Shown piece after piece: positions 1 to 11,479 of a stretch of 64,000 bases of DNA; position 1 is the stretch's first letter, and each line of letters starts with the position of its first letter. The translations under genes were made by a program, and so were the position numbers. The notes below the pieces were generated by a model. That model saw only the letters and a program-made list of their open reading frames with translations, had not been told where the DNA came from and did not search any database. Source of the DNA: Ectocarpus siliculosus (lineage: Eukaryota); assembly GCA_000310025.1 (NCBI GenBank), contig FN649726.1, positions 2,979,634 through 3,043,633 on the forward strand, in the 5' to 3' direction.

Positions 1-261
1 CCGACCCGCCAAGTAGCAGCCTTACCCCGAAGGTGACCTGACTTGCGAGACATCATCCTTAGTAATTTTTGTACTGGTTAGTGGAGCTTCCGTGCCTGCA
101 GCCTAACCATCACAAGGTGCAAAAGCGACAGGATTCACACGACCTCCTTCTCTACCGCCCTCTGCTGAAGCCGATGCCTTGTAGCGCTGTGCCTCACCGA
201 TACCACGCAATAACACCGGACATGAACCACATCGTACGACACGAATCGAAAAAACAAACAG

Positions 262-1168
262 CACCTGCGAATGTCGGGGGTCTACTGGGGCCTGATGGGC
301 ATGGCCTTGATGGGGCGAGACCTGAGGAAGGAGATGGGCGCGGAGGACCTCGCGAGCTGGGTCATGCGGTGCCAGCACGAAGGGGGCGGGTGAGGAGGCC
401 TCGTGAACCGTACAGCTATATGTATGCGCCCGTAGTCGTGAGCTGGCTGGCCTTTATTTTCGTGGCAAGCACGCCGTGTCCGCACCAACGATTTGTGTGT
501 TCTATATAGTCACTCAGATACTAGGAAGAAACGTAGACGAGTGCGCTACGTAGGTCATGCCCTTGGTTTGTCACTAAATACTGTTGCGTTGCTTTCTCGG
601 CCAGCTGGCGGGCGTCCGCTGAACAAGTTTCAAGAACACGCGTGCGTATCCCGTAACGTTTTTTGCTACGATTCTTACACACATAGGTTCGGCGGAAACG
701 AGGGGCACGACCCGCACATCTTGTACACCCTGAGCGCGCTGCAGGTGATGGCGCTGCTGGGGGAGCTCGATCGGGTCGACAAAGACAAGGCGAGGGAAGG
801 GAGGGAGCTTCCGGGCTCGTTTTCTGACAACCCGCGGCGCATCTTAACCCCCGCGGATGAGCGCACGTACAACCGGCATGCCCCGTGTACCCACTTCTAG
901 TCGATATGTACAGCAGTTCCTCTTTGCGCTTGGCTCATAGCACGACCTACTCGTTTTGCTGTTTCGGGGCGTTGGTTGTTTGCTCCGAGCTGCTACCAAC
1001 AAGCTCTTAGGCTTGGTGTATTTTCTTGAGTCTGGGGTACCTCTTTGTGCTGCTGTCGAGGCCGCCAAGAAACCATCGCGTATATTGTTATTGTTTGACA
1101 GAAATGAGGCAGGTAACAACCGTCGGCTTGGACTCAAAAGTTGGAATGTATGTTTGTCGTGGTCGGTC

Positions 1169-1201
<33 letters not shown>

Positions 1202-2070
1202 ACAGATGAACGGAAATGAGGGAGGTGAAAATCGCTAGCTTGGACCCAAAAGTTGAAATGTATGTTTGTCGTGATTGGTTGCTGCTGCTGCTGCCGCTAC
1301 TGCTGCTACTCGCAGGTGGCCGGGTACGTGAGCGGGCTGCAGCAGTCGGACGGGTCGTTCTTCGGCGACGAGTGGGGGGAGGTCGACACGCGCTTCTCGT
1401 ACTGCGCGCTCTCGAGCATGGCGATTCTGGGGCAGCTCGACAGCGGGAAGATCGACGTCAAGAAGGCGGCCGAGTTCGTGGGCAGGCAAGAAGTGACGGC
1501 CGGGTCGGCCCACTGCACACCCTGACTGGCTCGTGTTGTGTTAAAAGGCGTATTGTTTCGGCGGATGAGTACGAACACACGGCGGTGTCATGTTTTGTTC
1601 CTGCGGCATTCGGAACGACCGACGGCTAGAGAGCAGAGCAGGGCGCGCGGGCGACGCACGCGCCGTCATGAAACTGCAGTGTACCGTTCTTGGTGTAACA
1701 AGAGTCTGTGTCATGTGAAACTCGGGTTGGCTGCGTCGAGCCGGTTTGTTTGGTTTGATCGACGGGTTGCTTTCGTCGAAATCCAGCTCGCATTACAAAA
1801 GCTCTTGTCCTCCGACGGCTGGACGGAATCGATGACCTTTTCAGTCCCCGTCGCCCCCCTCTTTGTCTGATTTCGTTGTCGTGGTCGCGGCCACCACCCA
1901 GCAGATGCCGCAATTTTGACGGGGGGTTCGGCTGCATCCCGGGGGCGGAGTCGCACGCGGGGCAGATCTTCACGTGCGTGGGGGCGCTGTCTATCGCGAG
2001 GTCGCTTCACCTCGTCGACGAAGGCGAGAGGATGATGACGATGATGATAATGATCAAGACGATGATGATA

Positions 2071-2102
<32 letters not shown>

Positions 2103-3834
2103 CGAGGGCCGGGTAGTTTCGTTCGAACCAGTCATATCTACCGAAGAACACACTAAGGAAGAAAAGTGGTACTTGCGCTTGTCGCGTGTGCGTACAACGC
2201 AGACGCGATTGGCACACGCTTGTCACCAAGTTCCACGAGGCGCACTCACTTACTCACTAAGGCCGTATGTACAAGCGCAAGGAGTTGTTTTTCTCTCTCT
2301 TTTTTTTTGTCGCCTTCTCGGCAGCCCTTTTCTTGCGCCCCCCCTCGATCCTCTCTTCCGTGACCTTTACGCCATACCATTTGGCGGTTCTGCCCATGTC
2401 CCTGGTCCCCCTCTCTTGGGGGTGCAACTGCCTTTCCTCCGGGTTGGCAACAACCGCCAGGTCTGCTGGGCTGGTGGCTCTGCGAGCGGCAGTGTGACTC
2501 GGGTGGCCTGAACGGGCGGCCAGAGAAGCAAGCGGACGTGTGCTACTCGTGGTGGATCCTGTCCTCTCTCAAGATTCTTGGCAAGGTGAGGGGCTGGCGA
2601 TTTTTTTCTCGGCGCCTTGCGTCTCTCCTCTCTCCAACGGCATCTTTATGAAACTTGCTGCTGTCCTGGCCCATGGCCTTTTTCCGCCTCGGTTCCCACC
2701 GTCTATCTGAAACTGGCGTATTCCTGGAGATAGAAAGCGTGGCCCTTCAGCCCTTTTTTTTTTTTTTGTGGAGGTTTTGAATGTCCGAACGTGATTGATA
2801 CCTTCAGCGTGTTTTTTTGTTTTCCTTTTCGTTTTCCCTGTCTTACCATTCCTTCCCTCGTTGGTTTCGCATCCCCGTATGCACACTTCCTGTCAAAGAC
2901 GTGCACGCCTTCTTCCGTCGTGCCGGGGAGTGTCAGTGACCCGTTCGTTTCCATCGGCGATCTTTCTGCCCGCACAACTCGACTGCTAGCTCGCGTCTTC
3001 GCCGTTGTCGGTGCTCCCCTTGGGTCGTCCCAACAACACATGACGAAACGGCAGGGTTACAACCGAGATTTGTAGAGTAATGTTCGCTCGACGAAACGAG
3101 GCGTTACGGTTGCCGCTGACCCTCCTGCCAGTGAGGCGATATAACTCATGCACTATTAGCAATACAGCAGTGTGCCATATGGCTTGTCTGCCGCCTTACC
3201 ACACATGCACACCCCGGGTGATTTCCCTGGCCCCCCTCCCCCCGCGAAGGTGGACTGGATAGACGGGGCCAGGCTGAAGGGATTCATCCTGCGGTGCCAA
3301 GACTCGGAGGACGGGGGCATCGCGGAGAGGCCGGGGAACCTGGCCGACATCTTCCACACCTTTTTTGGCATCGCCGGCCTGTCTCTCCTGGGGTACTTCG
3401 ATGGCAGGTGTGCGTGCCAGTGCCTGCGTTGTTGTTTCTCTCCTTACCGTAGCTGGCTGGATTACTCCGCAACCAGGAAGGAGGGTACGGCAATCGGCCG
3501 TCAACAACAATAAAAAGTTCCCTGTGTGCTCGTCTCCTCTAGGCTCCCATCCTCCCGTCTCTCTCTCTGTGTCTGTGTCTCTGTCTCTCTGTCTCCCTCT
3601 CCCGCTGCTCCGACTTTCTTTGCTGACCGCCCCGCCTTCTTCGACGCTTGTTTTTGACTGTCTTGGACTTGGACACTTGTGGGAAAATCCGCAACGAACA
3701 AACACCGCAGGGAGGGATACGACAGCTTTCTTCCGGTGGACGCGGTGTATGCCCTCCCCGTGCCGCTCGTCGAGCAGCTCGGGCTCAAGAGCGAGATGCG
3801 AGAGCCCGTCCCTCTCCCCCCGGGGGCAACCTGA
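262..3834 (+). CDS. RABGGTB: Rab geranylgeranyltransferase (GGTase II) beta subunit; 5' exon(s) lie upstream of the window
   Basis: Exons 262-389, 687-789, 1316-1485, 1905-2023, 2461-2585, 3250-3407, 3711-3834 join in phase. Prenyltransferase-repeat motifs: [117 protein letters not shown]. Introns 790-1315, 1486-1904 and 2024-2460 need GC donors. Confidence 0.95.
2030..2101. repeat. (ATG)n microsatellite at the start of an intron
   Basis: Imperfect GAT/ATG run directly after the GC donor at 2024. Confidence 0.9.
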
Positions 3835-5564
3835 ACAAACTGACCCGACGTCTTGTAATCCCCCCCTGGTTGTTGTTGTTGTCTTGGCATTGGAAATCGT
3901 TCCGGTCTCTTGGTGTAGTCAGTCCATTGTTAGAGAGCTCGATGTCTCCATGAGGTTTCAATGCGTACAGCAGTACCTCTGGGATGTTTGTCTCAAGTGT
4001 CTAACACACGACGCGGGTAGTGTCGGCAAACATGCTTGCCCTCGTCCTGCTTTGTGGCGTTTGGCTCTGGTACATACGGTACATACCTCCCCTTCGCGGA
4101 GAGAACCCGTATGTCAAAACTCATCCGAGGGAGTGGGTGGGGGGACGGCGCAGCACGGCATAACTTTGGACGGCCAGTTGCACAGCGAATGTGTAGGGGG
4201 GCGGGGTCAGCGTTGTTGGCGTGCACTTTTGACTGCTGCTAGCGCTGATGGCTACTCCTAGATTGTTTTTTTTTTGCTGTTAGAGCGGGGGCGCAGCAGT
4301 GCGCGTGGCACGAACCCTCCCGAACCACAATAGCAAGTACCCAGAGACGAAGAGCATGCAGTCATGCCGTCACCAAGAACAACTGTGAGGGATACAAATG
4401 CACCTTGAGCTGTGTTCCTGTTCTGTCTAGGCGGTTCGTCAAACCTTGCTGCCTCGGGAACCTCGTGATGCATGCGTGCCTCGTGCGTTTGTTCTCTCGA
4501 GAGCCACCAGGGTGAGAGACCCTGGGTATGTTAAGGTAGGCGTACGTTGTCGCCGTCTTGAAAGCATCGACCCCTCTGGCATTACAAATACGCCGGGAAT
4601 GCGCCCGTCCTCTTTTATTTCTGACCAGCCAGACTACTGTTGTCGCGTGCTACAAGTAGACCAGTTGCATCCCAAAACAAATGTGGCGGCAGCCGAATAC
4701 ATACAGACAGGTTCTACGACACCTCTTGCTTCACGGTGTGGTTCGTCATTGGGACTTTTCAAGAGCCTACACGGGGAGTAGGAGGGTGGACGCGTTTCTA
4801 CAAAGATGTATTCCTTCGAGGGAAGATGTATTCCTTCGAGGGAAGAGGGCGGGGTAGGGTTAGCGCGCACCAGCCTCCGAGAATCGCAGAGCCTTTTTCA
4901 CCTTCACTAGGAGGGAGAAAACGAGTCAAAGATCACCCACTTGGTTTTCAGCTATTTAGTGTCCAGCACAACTACCGGGACAGGATGTCTACTTATAGTC
5001 AGCTTATCGACCACACATGCCAAGGGTCTAACCGCTACAGGTGGGTGCTGACGATAAGAGTCTATTTGACCAGAATTCTAACCTTGTTCTTGTATAGTGG
5101 CGTTCATAAACTACCTATTACTTCTACAACGCCACATGAATTTTTGCTATATACACCAAAGCTCTACAGTGTAAGGCCTGCAAAAACACCCAGTCACATC
5201 TTTGTGAACAAAAACGAGACGCTGCTGTCGCTTGTGGCACTGAGCTCGTCCACCAAAGGCAACAAAAAAACAGCTTGTACACAACGAAAGCGAGAGGATT
5301 ACTCCAACAGACACCAGCGGGCGCAGCACGCGCCGCTTCCTCGCACCAGGCCGGCATCTGTGTGCGTGCGTTCGCGCGAGTCCACGTTCTTCCTGGCGAG
5401 CAGCACAACCCACTGGTAACTGTTAAGCTACTCAACCAACCAAGGAGCGCCGCACAAAAAGCTGTTGTACCCAAAGTTGCGGCGTCCAAAGGCATGCAAA
5501 ATGACAAGTCGCCAAGACAGACGCATTCCAATCGTGCTGCAGCGAGCATTTTCGCCACCTGTCG

Positions 5565-8500
5565 TCAACAACGCCACCCGTCCCCCTCGTCGAGGAATTT
5601 ACCACCAGCGGTCCTGCTGCTGCTTCTTCTACTGCTGCTGCCGCCCCTAGCACCGCCGTTGCTTCCGCCGCCACCAGCACCGCCGCCACCGCCGCCGCTT
5701 CCGCCGCTTCCGTCGCCACCGCCGCCACCGCCGCCACCGCCGCCGCCGCCGCCGCCGGCAAACTTGTCCAGCCAAGCGCAGATCGAGAGCGGCGGAGGTC
5801 TTCTCCTCGCCGCCCTACTCGAGTCCAGCCACTCCGCCAGCATCTCGTCCGCGTCGGCCCCGCGGGCGACGACGCGGGGCGGACCCAACCCGTCCCACTC
5901 CGGGTCCAAGGCCACGAGGACGTCCGAAAGCGGCCGGCTTCGCTTCCGACTGCCGCTCAGGAAGCCACCCCGGAGAGGTCGCACCGGGAGCTTCTTGGCG
6001 GCGGCCTCGAGGGCCGAGAGCGCCGGGCCGTCCTCGACCTCCATCTCCACTGTGTCCGGGGTCGCGGTGGCCGGGGTCGTGGTAATAGGTCCGTCTAACA
6101 CGCTAGCACCGCCGCCGCGGCCGCCGAAGCCGAAGCCCACGCGGCGGCGGCCGCTGCTCCTCGTGCCGTTCCGGGAGGTTGGCGGAGCGCGGCCGCGATT
6201 GCCGGCCGCGCGTGCGTCGTCTTCGCTTCCGTCGCTGTCGCTCTGGCCGCTCTGGTTGCTCCCTGCTACTGCTGTTGCTCCGCTACGACGGCCACCGCTG
6301 CCGCTGCCGCCGCCGCCGCCGCCGGTCCGGAACACGCTCCGTATGTCGCACTTCTCGGCGGCGTTGCGAGCGCCGCTGTTCGGATGGCAGCGCCCCTCGT
6401 TCTGCCGTTTTTGGGTGAGGCAGCTCAGGCCCAGCCCGCTGCTGTTCGGGGACCCGACGTTCGACGAGGACGAGGTCCCACCCGAGAGTACTTGCGGGGA
6501 TAGGATGTCTTCAGGCGAGAGGGAATCTTGAGTGGCGGCACCGCTACCGCCGCCGCCACCGCCGCCGCCGCCGGTCCCCGCCGTTCCCGCCCGCATCCCA
6601 CCCCCTGCCGCGCCGTTGTCCTCGTTGCCCTCGTTCGTCGGATGGGCTCTCCCTTTTCCTTTCGCTCTCCCTTTGCCCTTGTTGGCGGCCTTACCTGCAC
6701 GCGCAGCCGGGGCTGTTCGACGCGATCCTCCTATTCGTTCTTCCTCCTCCTCCTCCTCCTCCTCCTCCTCCTCCTCTTCCTTCTCCTTCTCCACCTCCTC
6801 GTCGCCGTTGTCCTTCTCTCCTCCGTTTTGTCGCGGCTCCGATAGCTCCAACGCCCCGTCCCTGGGCGCAACGTCCAGTTGGGTGAACCCAACTGGGATC
6901 GGGTCCGTACCTTCCTCTTCCTCCTCCTCCTCCTCTTCTCCCTCCTCCTGCTGCTGCTCTCGCTTCCTCTTGCCATTCCCTCCTGCTGCTGCCGCTGCTG
7001 CTGGCTGGTTTCCGTTAGCAGCTGTCCGGTTACCTGCGGCCTCGTTGCCACCAGTGCGTGCCGCTCGCGCCCCCTGCCCGCCACCCCCCTGCCCGAGTGG
7101 CTCGTCCTCGTCCGCGTTGTCCCCCCCGACGAGGTGCGGCACGACGTCCGGCGATCCTGCAACAGTTTCTTCTCTCGTCGAGCCTGCCCGCCCACCGTCC
7201 GATGCCACTGCCGCTCTCCCAGCAGCACCACCACCGCCGCCGCCGCCGCCGCCACGTGTCCCCGGCGAGGGCGGCGGCGACGAAGGGGTCGGCGACGCCG
7301 GGAGCATGTCCATTTCTTCCTGGCTGAATACGTTTCCAGCGGACGGCGCTTGGGTGTGGAAGTCGCCATCCCCTCCCCCGAAGTCGCCATCGTCGTAGTC
7401 CATCCCGAGGCTTTGTTGCGTCATGTCGAGGAGAGACTCTTCTCCTCCGCCACCGCCGCCGCCACCGTTACTGCCACGGTCTGCCGCCGGTGACCGCATC
7501 CCCCCCGCTGAGGTCCCGACGGGTTCCTTGGGCTGTGGCTGGCTGCTCGGCGGTGGCGGCGACACCGTCGTCGGAATCACCATGAGCGCCGGCTCTACGT
7601 CTCCCCAAGAGAGCCCCTGCAACTGGGACACAAAAACATGGTACATGCCAGGCACAGGGGGGGGGACACAGAGGGCAAGCACACAATACAACACCCGGGT
7701 CGTGGGAATGGATTCCTCTAGGAAAAGGGCCGGGGGGATAGCAAACTGCTGTGTCAGGAAAGGCGGCCGTTTGTGGATGGGTCTTCGTCAGATACCATGC
7801 CACTCGAATCCAACTGCCGTGTTAATCGTGCTCTCTCGGGTGTATCCGGAACCTATCCTCTAGTCAAACTACAATCACGGGGTGCCCAAGCATTTCTCCC
7901 GCTCTCTCCCGGTACCAGTACAGTCGTGGCTCCGATATAAGAGGGTACCCTATTAGAGGGGGATCCGATAAAAGAGAGTCGAGAGCCTTTGTCACAACCG
8001 CCTATTACATCGGAGCAACGAGACTGTCTGTATGCAGCGGATACGATTTGCTCCTGTGCGCCGCAGCGTCGGGCATGAAAGAGCTACCACCGCGACGCCC
8101 GACCTCTACCGCACGCGCTGCTGCTAGAATGACATCCATCGACCAACAACCAACACGCACCTCCGGGTCTGGAGCATTCATCACCACCCCGTCAATGTCT
8201 CGTAGGTCGGTCAGCCCTTGGCCGCGCGCCAGGGCTCGCACCAGGTCTTTGGGGTTGGAAAGGGCGCGCCAGATGGCGCGAAGCTCTCGGTTCCCCTCCC
8301 CGAGGTCCGTCGGCTTCCCGATCGTGGTGGTACGCTCGCCGCCGAACAGCGCAAACTTGTTGATCTTTACGCCATCAAACACGGATCGTCGGGGGGGGGG
8401 TGTACTCATAGTCGTGCATGCCGTAGTCGTTTGACCATTGACCTCGCATCCCTACAAAGCCGGGACGGAGCATGCCGGGTTCTCACCGGACCAGGCTCTC

Positions 8501-10577
8501 ACATCACCAAGCGCGAAGCGCCGTGAGGTATTTGGCGAGTCGCATGAAGGGTGAGCTGCCATCCTGCTAAGGGTGTTCGGCATCTTGTGCTTACTTCCTT
8601 GCGTACGGATGACAGCTACGTATGACTTAATTTATTTTCTGGTGCTTTCACTTCCAGAGACAGTTGTAAGCACTGTGTAACTGCCTCGAGGAAGCTTGAC
8701 CATTTTAACACAACGTGGTGCGATCATCCCCCGTTGCGCGGAGTGAGATTTCTCCACCCCGCATAACATGATCTACTCGACCACCCTTATGGTTACCGCC
8801 AAAAAAAAAAACGAGGTAAAAAAAAACCCCGTAACCTGGTTGCCGAGTTCACGAAGTGAATTGGCTTGTTTTACAACGTCGTTGCCAAGCGACGAAAACC
8901 CAATCCCGATGGCAAACACCGAGTGGGGGGCTTGTTTTACAACGTCGTTGCCAAGCGACGAAAACCCAAACCCCGATGGCAAACACCGGGGGGGGGCGGC
9001 TTGTTTTACAACGTCGTTGCCAAGCGAGGAAAACCCAACCCCGATCACCGGGGGAGGGACCGGGGAGGAGGAGGGGGGGGGATGGAAATTGAAGCTCAAG
9101 GCAGGTTTGTTCATAGATTAGCCACCGAACCCAAACACCTCGAGGTGTTATGCATGCGTCGTGCTCCGGCCCCCACGCGCTGGTTTATTCTTGTTTCGCA
9201 GCAGGGACAAACCACGGCGGGAAATCGAATGGGTAAGTCGGCAAAGCAACCGCACCGCCGCTTCTTGTCGATTGCTTGACGCAGCAGGACCATGGTCAAA
9301 ACCGAACGGCACGCCTATAAAAAGAGCCCTCAGAAAGGTTTTACCTCAGAGCTGTCATGTTATACTATAACATCCATTCACTGGGCTTGACCTTGCCGTA
9401 TAAAAAAAGTGGGCAATCCTTCACCGGAGGGTGGATCTCGCGTGATGGCCAAGGCCCATGACAATTGGCACACGTAGACTACCGCAAGGATGTACGAGAC
9501 GTACCAAGTTGGTGTTCGTACCCTCCTGGTTGTGGAGCAATCAAACGTTAACACGCCCTGTGCGAACCTTCGCATCCTCACGGTCATATCAACCAACGAA
9601 CAAGGTACGAGCCCAGAGACCTCCATTTGTCCATCACAACGCAGACACAGGTGGGGGTGGCAGTCGCTGTGCGAACCTCAACCTTCGCATCCTTTCGGAA
9701 ATATCATCCAACGAAGTACGATAGCAAGGCACGACCACACAGACCTCCATTTTTCGACCACAACGCAGAGACAGGTGTTGTTGGGGGCTGCTTTCGCAAG
9801 CGCCACAACGCCCCCGCCCCCCGTCCTGACACCTGCCCCGCTACCCCGCCAACAAGGCGGCACTCACCAGGATACAGATATGGCCATTGGCTTTCGCCTT
9901 CTTCTCGTCGAAGGTCGGACACAGCACGTTTATCGACGAGAACTCCCAGTCGTCGATGGTGATGGTCTTGTTGTTCAGGCTGGCGAAGGTCGGGTTCTTT
10001 CCGTCCAAGAGGAACTGGAGTTGACGGCGCGGGTATGAAAGAGGCGTTGCGTTTTTCGAGTTTTTGAAACTCCGGCTTACTATGCGCACCCACACAAAAG
10101 CAGCAGAGAGATACTTGAAAGTTTGTTGCCGATGACGACAGGGAGCCGGCAACGACTGGGCAAGGCGAAGGTCTCACGACGCACCACCCATCGGTAGCTT
10201 GGGGTGTGGGGCTCAGAGGGCTGAGAGCCAGGACAGCAGTTGGTCGGCCGTTGGAAACTACTGCCAGTACCCACCCACGCTCGGACGCCGGCTTTTCGTT
10301 CAAATTCAGCAAACCCCAGCATTTTCCAAACACAAGGAAAAAGGGGGCGATGGCCTCCTATGCGAGTCACCTTTTCCATGCCCTGCTTGGTGACGAAACA
10401 CCACACCATGGTCTCCCCGTCATTGATCTTCAGCCCGCTGCACCCCTCGTTGACCTCGACGCACTGGACGTGCTGCCGGCGAGTGCGAATTCGTCGAGAC
10501 GTAACGGGCGGCGCGTTCATGCCGACCTGCAGGATGCCTTCCAGCTCCCCCTTCACCCACGCCCTGACCAGCACCAT
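5565..10577 (-). CDS. Putative TPP1/ACD/Est3-like OB-fold telomere protein with a long low-complexity C-terminal region (~869 aa)
   Basis: Exons (minus) 10577-10371, 10014-9868, 8364-8161, 7616-5565, all joined by phase-0 GT-AG introns. The N-terminal ~160 aa (MVLVRAWVKGEL...QCVEV...GLKINDGETMVWCFVTKQGMEK...FASLNNKTITIDDWEF...HICILINKFALFGGE...IGKPTDL) follows the motif order of the TPP1/Est3 OB domain. The gene structure is well supported; the family call is by eye. Confidence 0.65.
8863..9050. repeat. Tandem repeat, ~66-70-bp unit x3, intronic
   Basis: Three copies of GCTTGTTTTACAACGTCGTTGCCAAGCGA(C/G)GAAAACCCAA...CCGAT. Confidence 0.9.
9559..9777. repeat. Diverged tandem duplication (~110 bp x2), intronic
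   Basis: TGTGCGAACCT...CTTCGCATCCT...ATATCA.CCAACGAA...AGACCTCCATTT...CACAACGCAGA.ACAGGTG occurs twice. Confidence 0.75.
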
Positions 10578-11479
10578 GATGTACCTAGAACCGGAGGGTT
10601 ATCGGCCCACGGCACAGCGAAGAGGTGCTACAGCAGTAGTGATATGCACGTAACGAGACAGCTGGATTGATTTGATGCTGGCAAATGCGCAAATGCTGGC
10701 TCTGGGGGGGGCGCAGATGGTATTACCCGTGTTGCGGGGACCCTCCGGATCCTGACCCTCTGGCGCATTGTGAATGATATGTATCTGATCTCTGACGCTC
10801 GCGCTGCTGCTTCTGCCAAAACTAGAGGTGTGTTCACGGCTGGCGGGAATCGAGTGGGGGAGGGAGGGGATTGTCGGGATGAGTCTACATGGTGGGAGCG
10901 TGTTCAGCAGACTGAGCAAGCAGTCAGCGATAAGGTATCCTTGCTTTTTGAAGCGGTTTCTCTACGCATGCGAATGTTGCAACAGACAGTTGGTGCACCC
11001 GACGACACCTACATAGCTGCTCTTCTCGCAAAGATTTGTCTTGCTATTCATAAACCTTCTTTGCCTAGTCCGCCATCAGCGTGGCGGCTTGCTGGAATAC
11101 CGTCTATTGCATCTCTTGCCTCAGAGAAAGATGGTGTGTGTGTGTGCTGATTTACACCTCTCGCCCAGAAATCCCGTTGGAGTTGGAACTGGCGCGGGTT
11201 CTTCTTCCGTAACTTACACGGGTCAGTCGGATGCAGGCACCCCACTTGCTCTTGACATGGTTGTCTTCAAGATCTTGGTCGATACTGCGTCTGGATCCAT
11301 ATCTACATGGCGAATACGTGCCTCTTGTTCGGAATCTCCAACTTATCTAAAATGACCTTCTGTTGCTACTTGTAGTCGACATGTATGCTGTCGTCTGTAC
11401 CGCGTGACTCGGTACTGCGTTCGTTGCCTTTGGCAGGGACACGACCCAACTGGCCGTGCATCTTAGCAACGACAATGCC

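Noticed and set aside
5275..7863. Long Pro/Ser-rich + strand ORFs (418, 288, 146 aa)
   Set aside because: Antisense shadows of the GC-rich minus-strand exon 5565-7616.
7918..7990. TACAGTCGTGGCTCCGATATAAG, resembling a pogo/Tigger-type TIR start
   Set aside because: I could not find a matching opposite end or TSD.
8863..9050. GTTTTACAACGTCGT matches the lacZ/M13 primer region
   Set aside because: The match is only ~15 nt, sits inside a native-looking 3-copy tandem repeat, and has no other vector sequence around it.
10770..11150. 126-aa + strand ORF upstream of the CEP78-like gene
   Set aside because: No recognisable motif. Its likely donor phase does not match the CEP78 frame, so it is probably 5' UTR or promoter.
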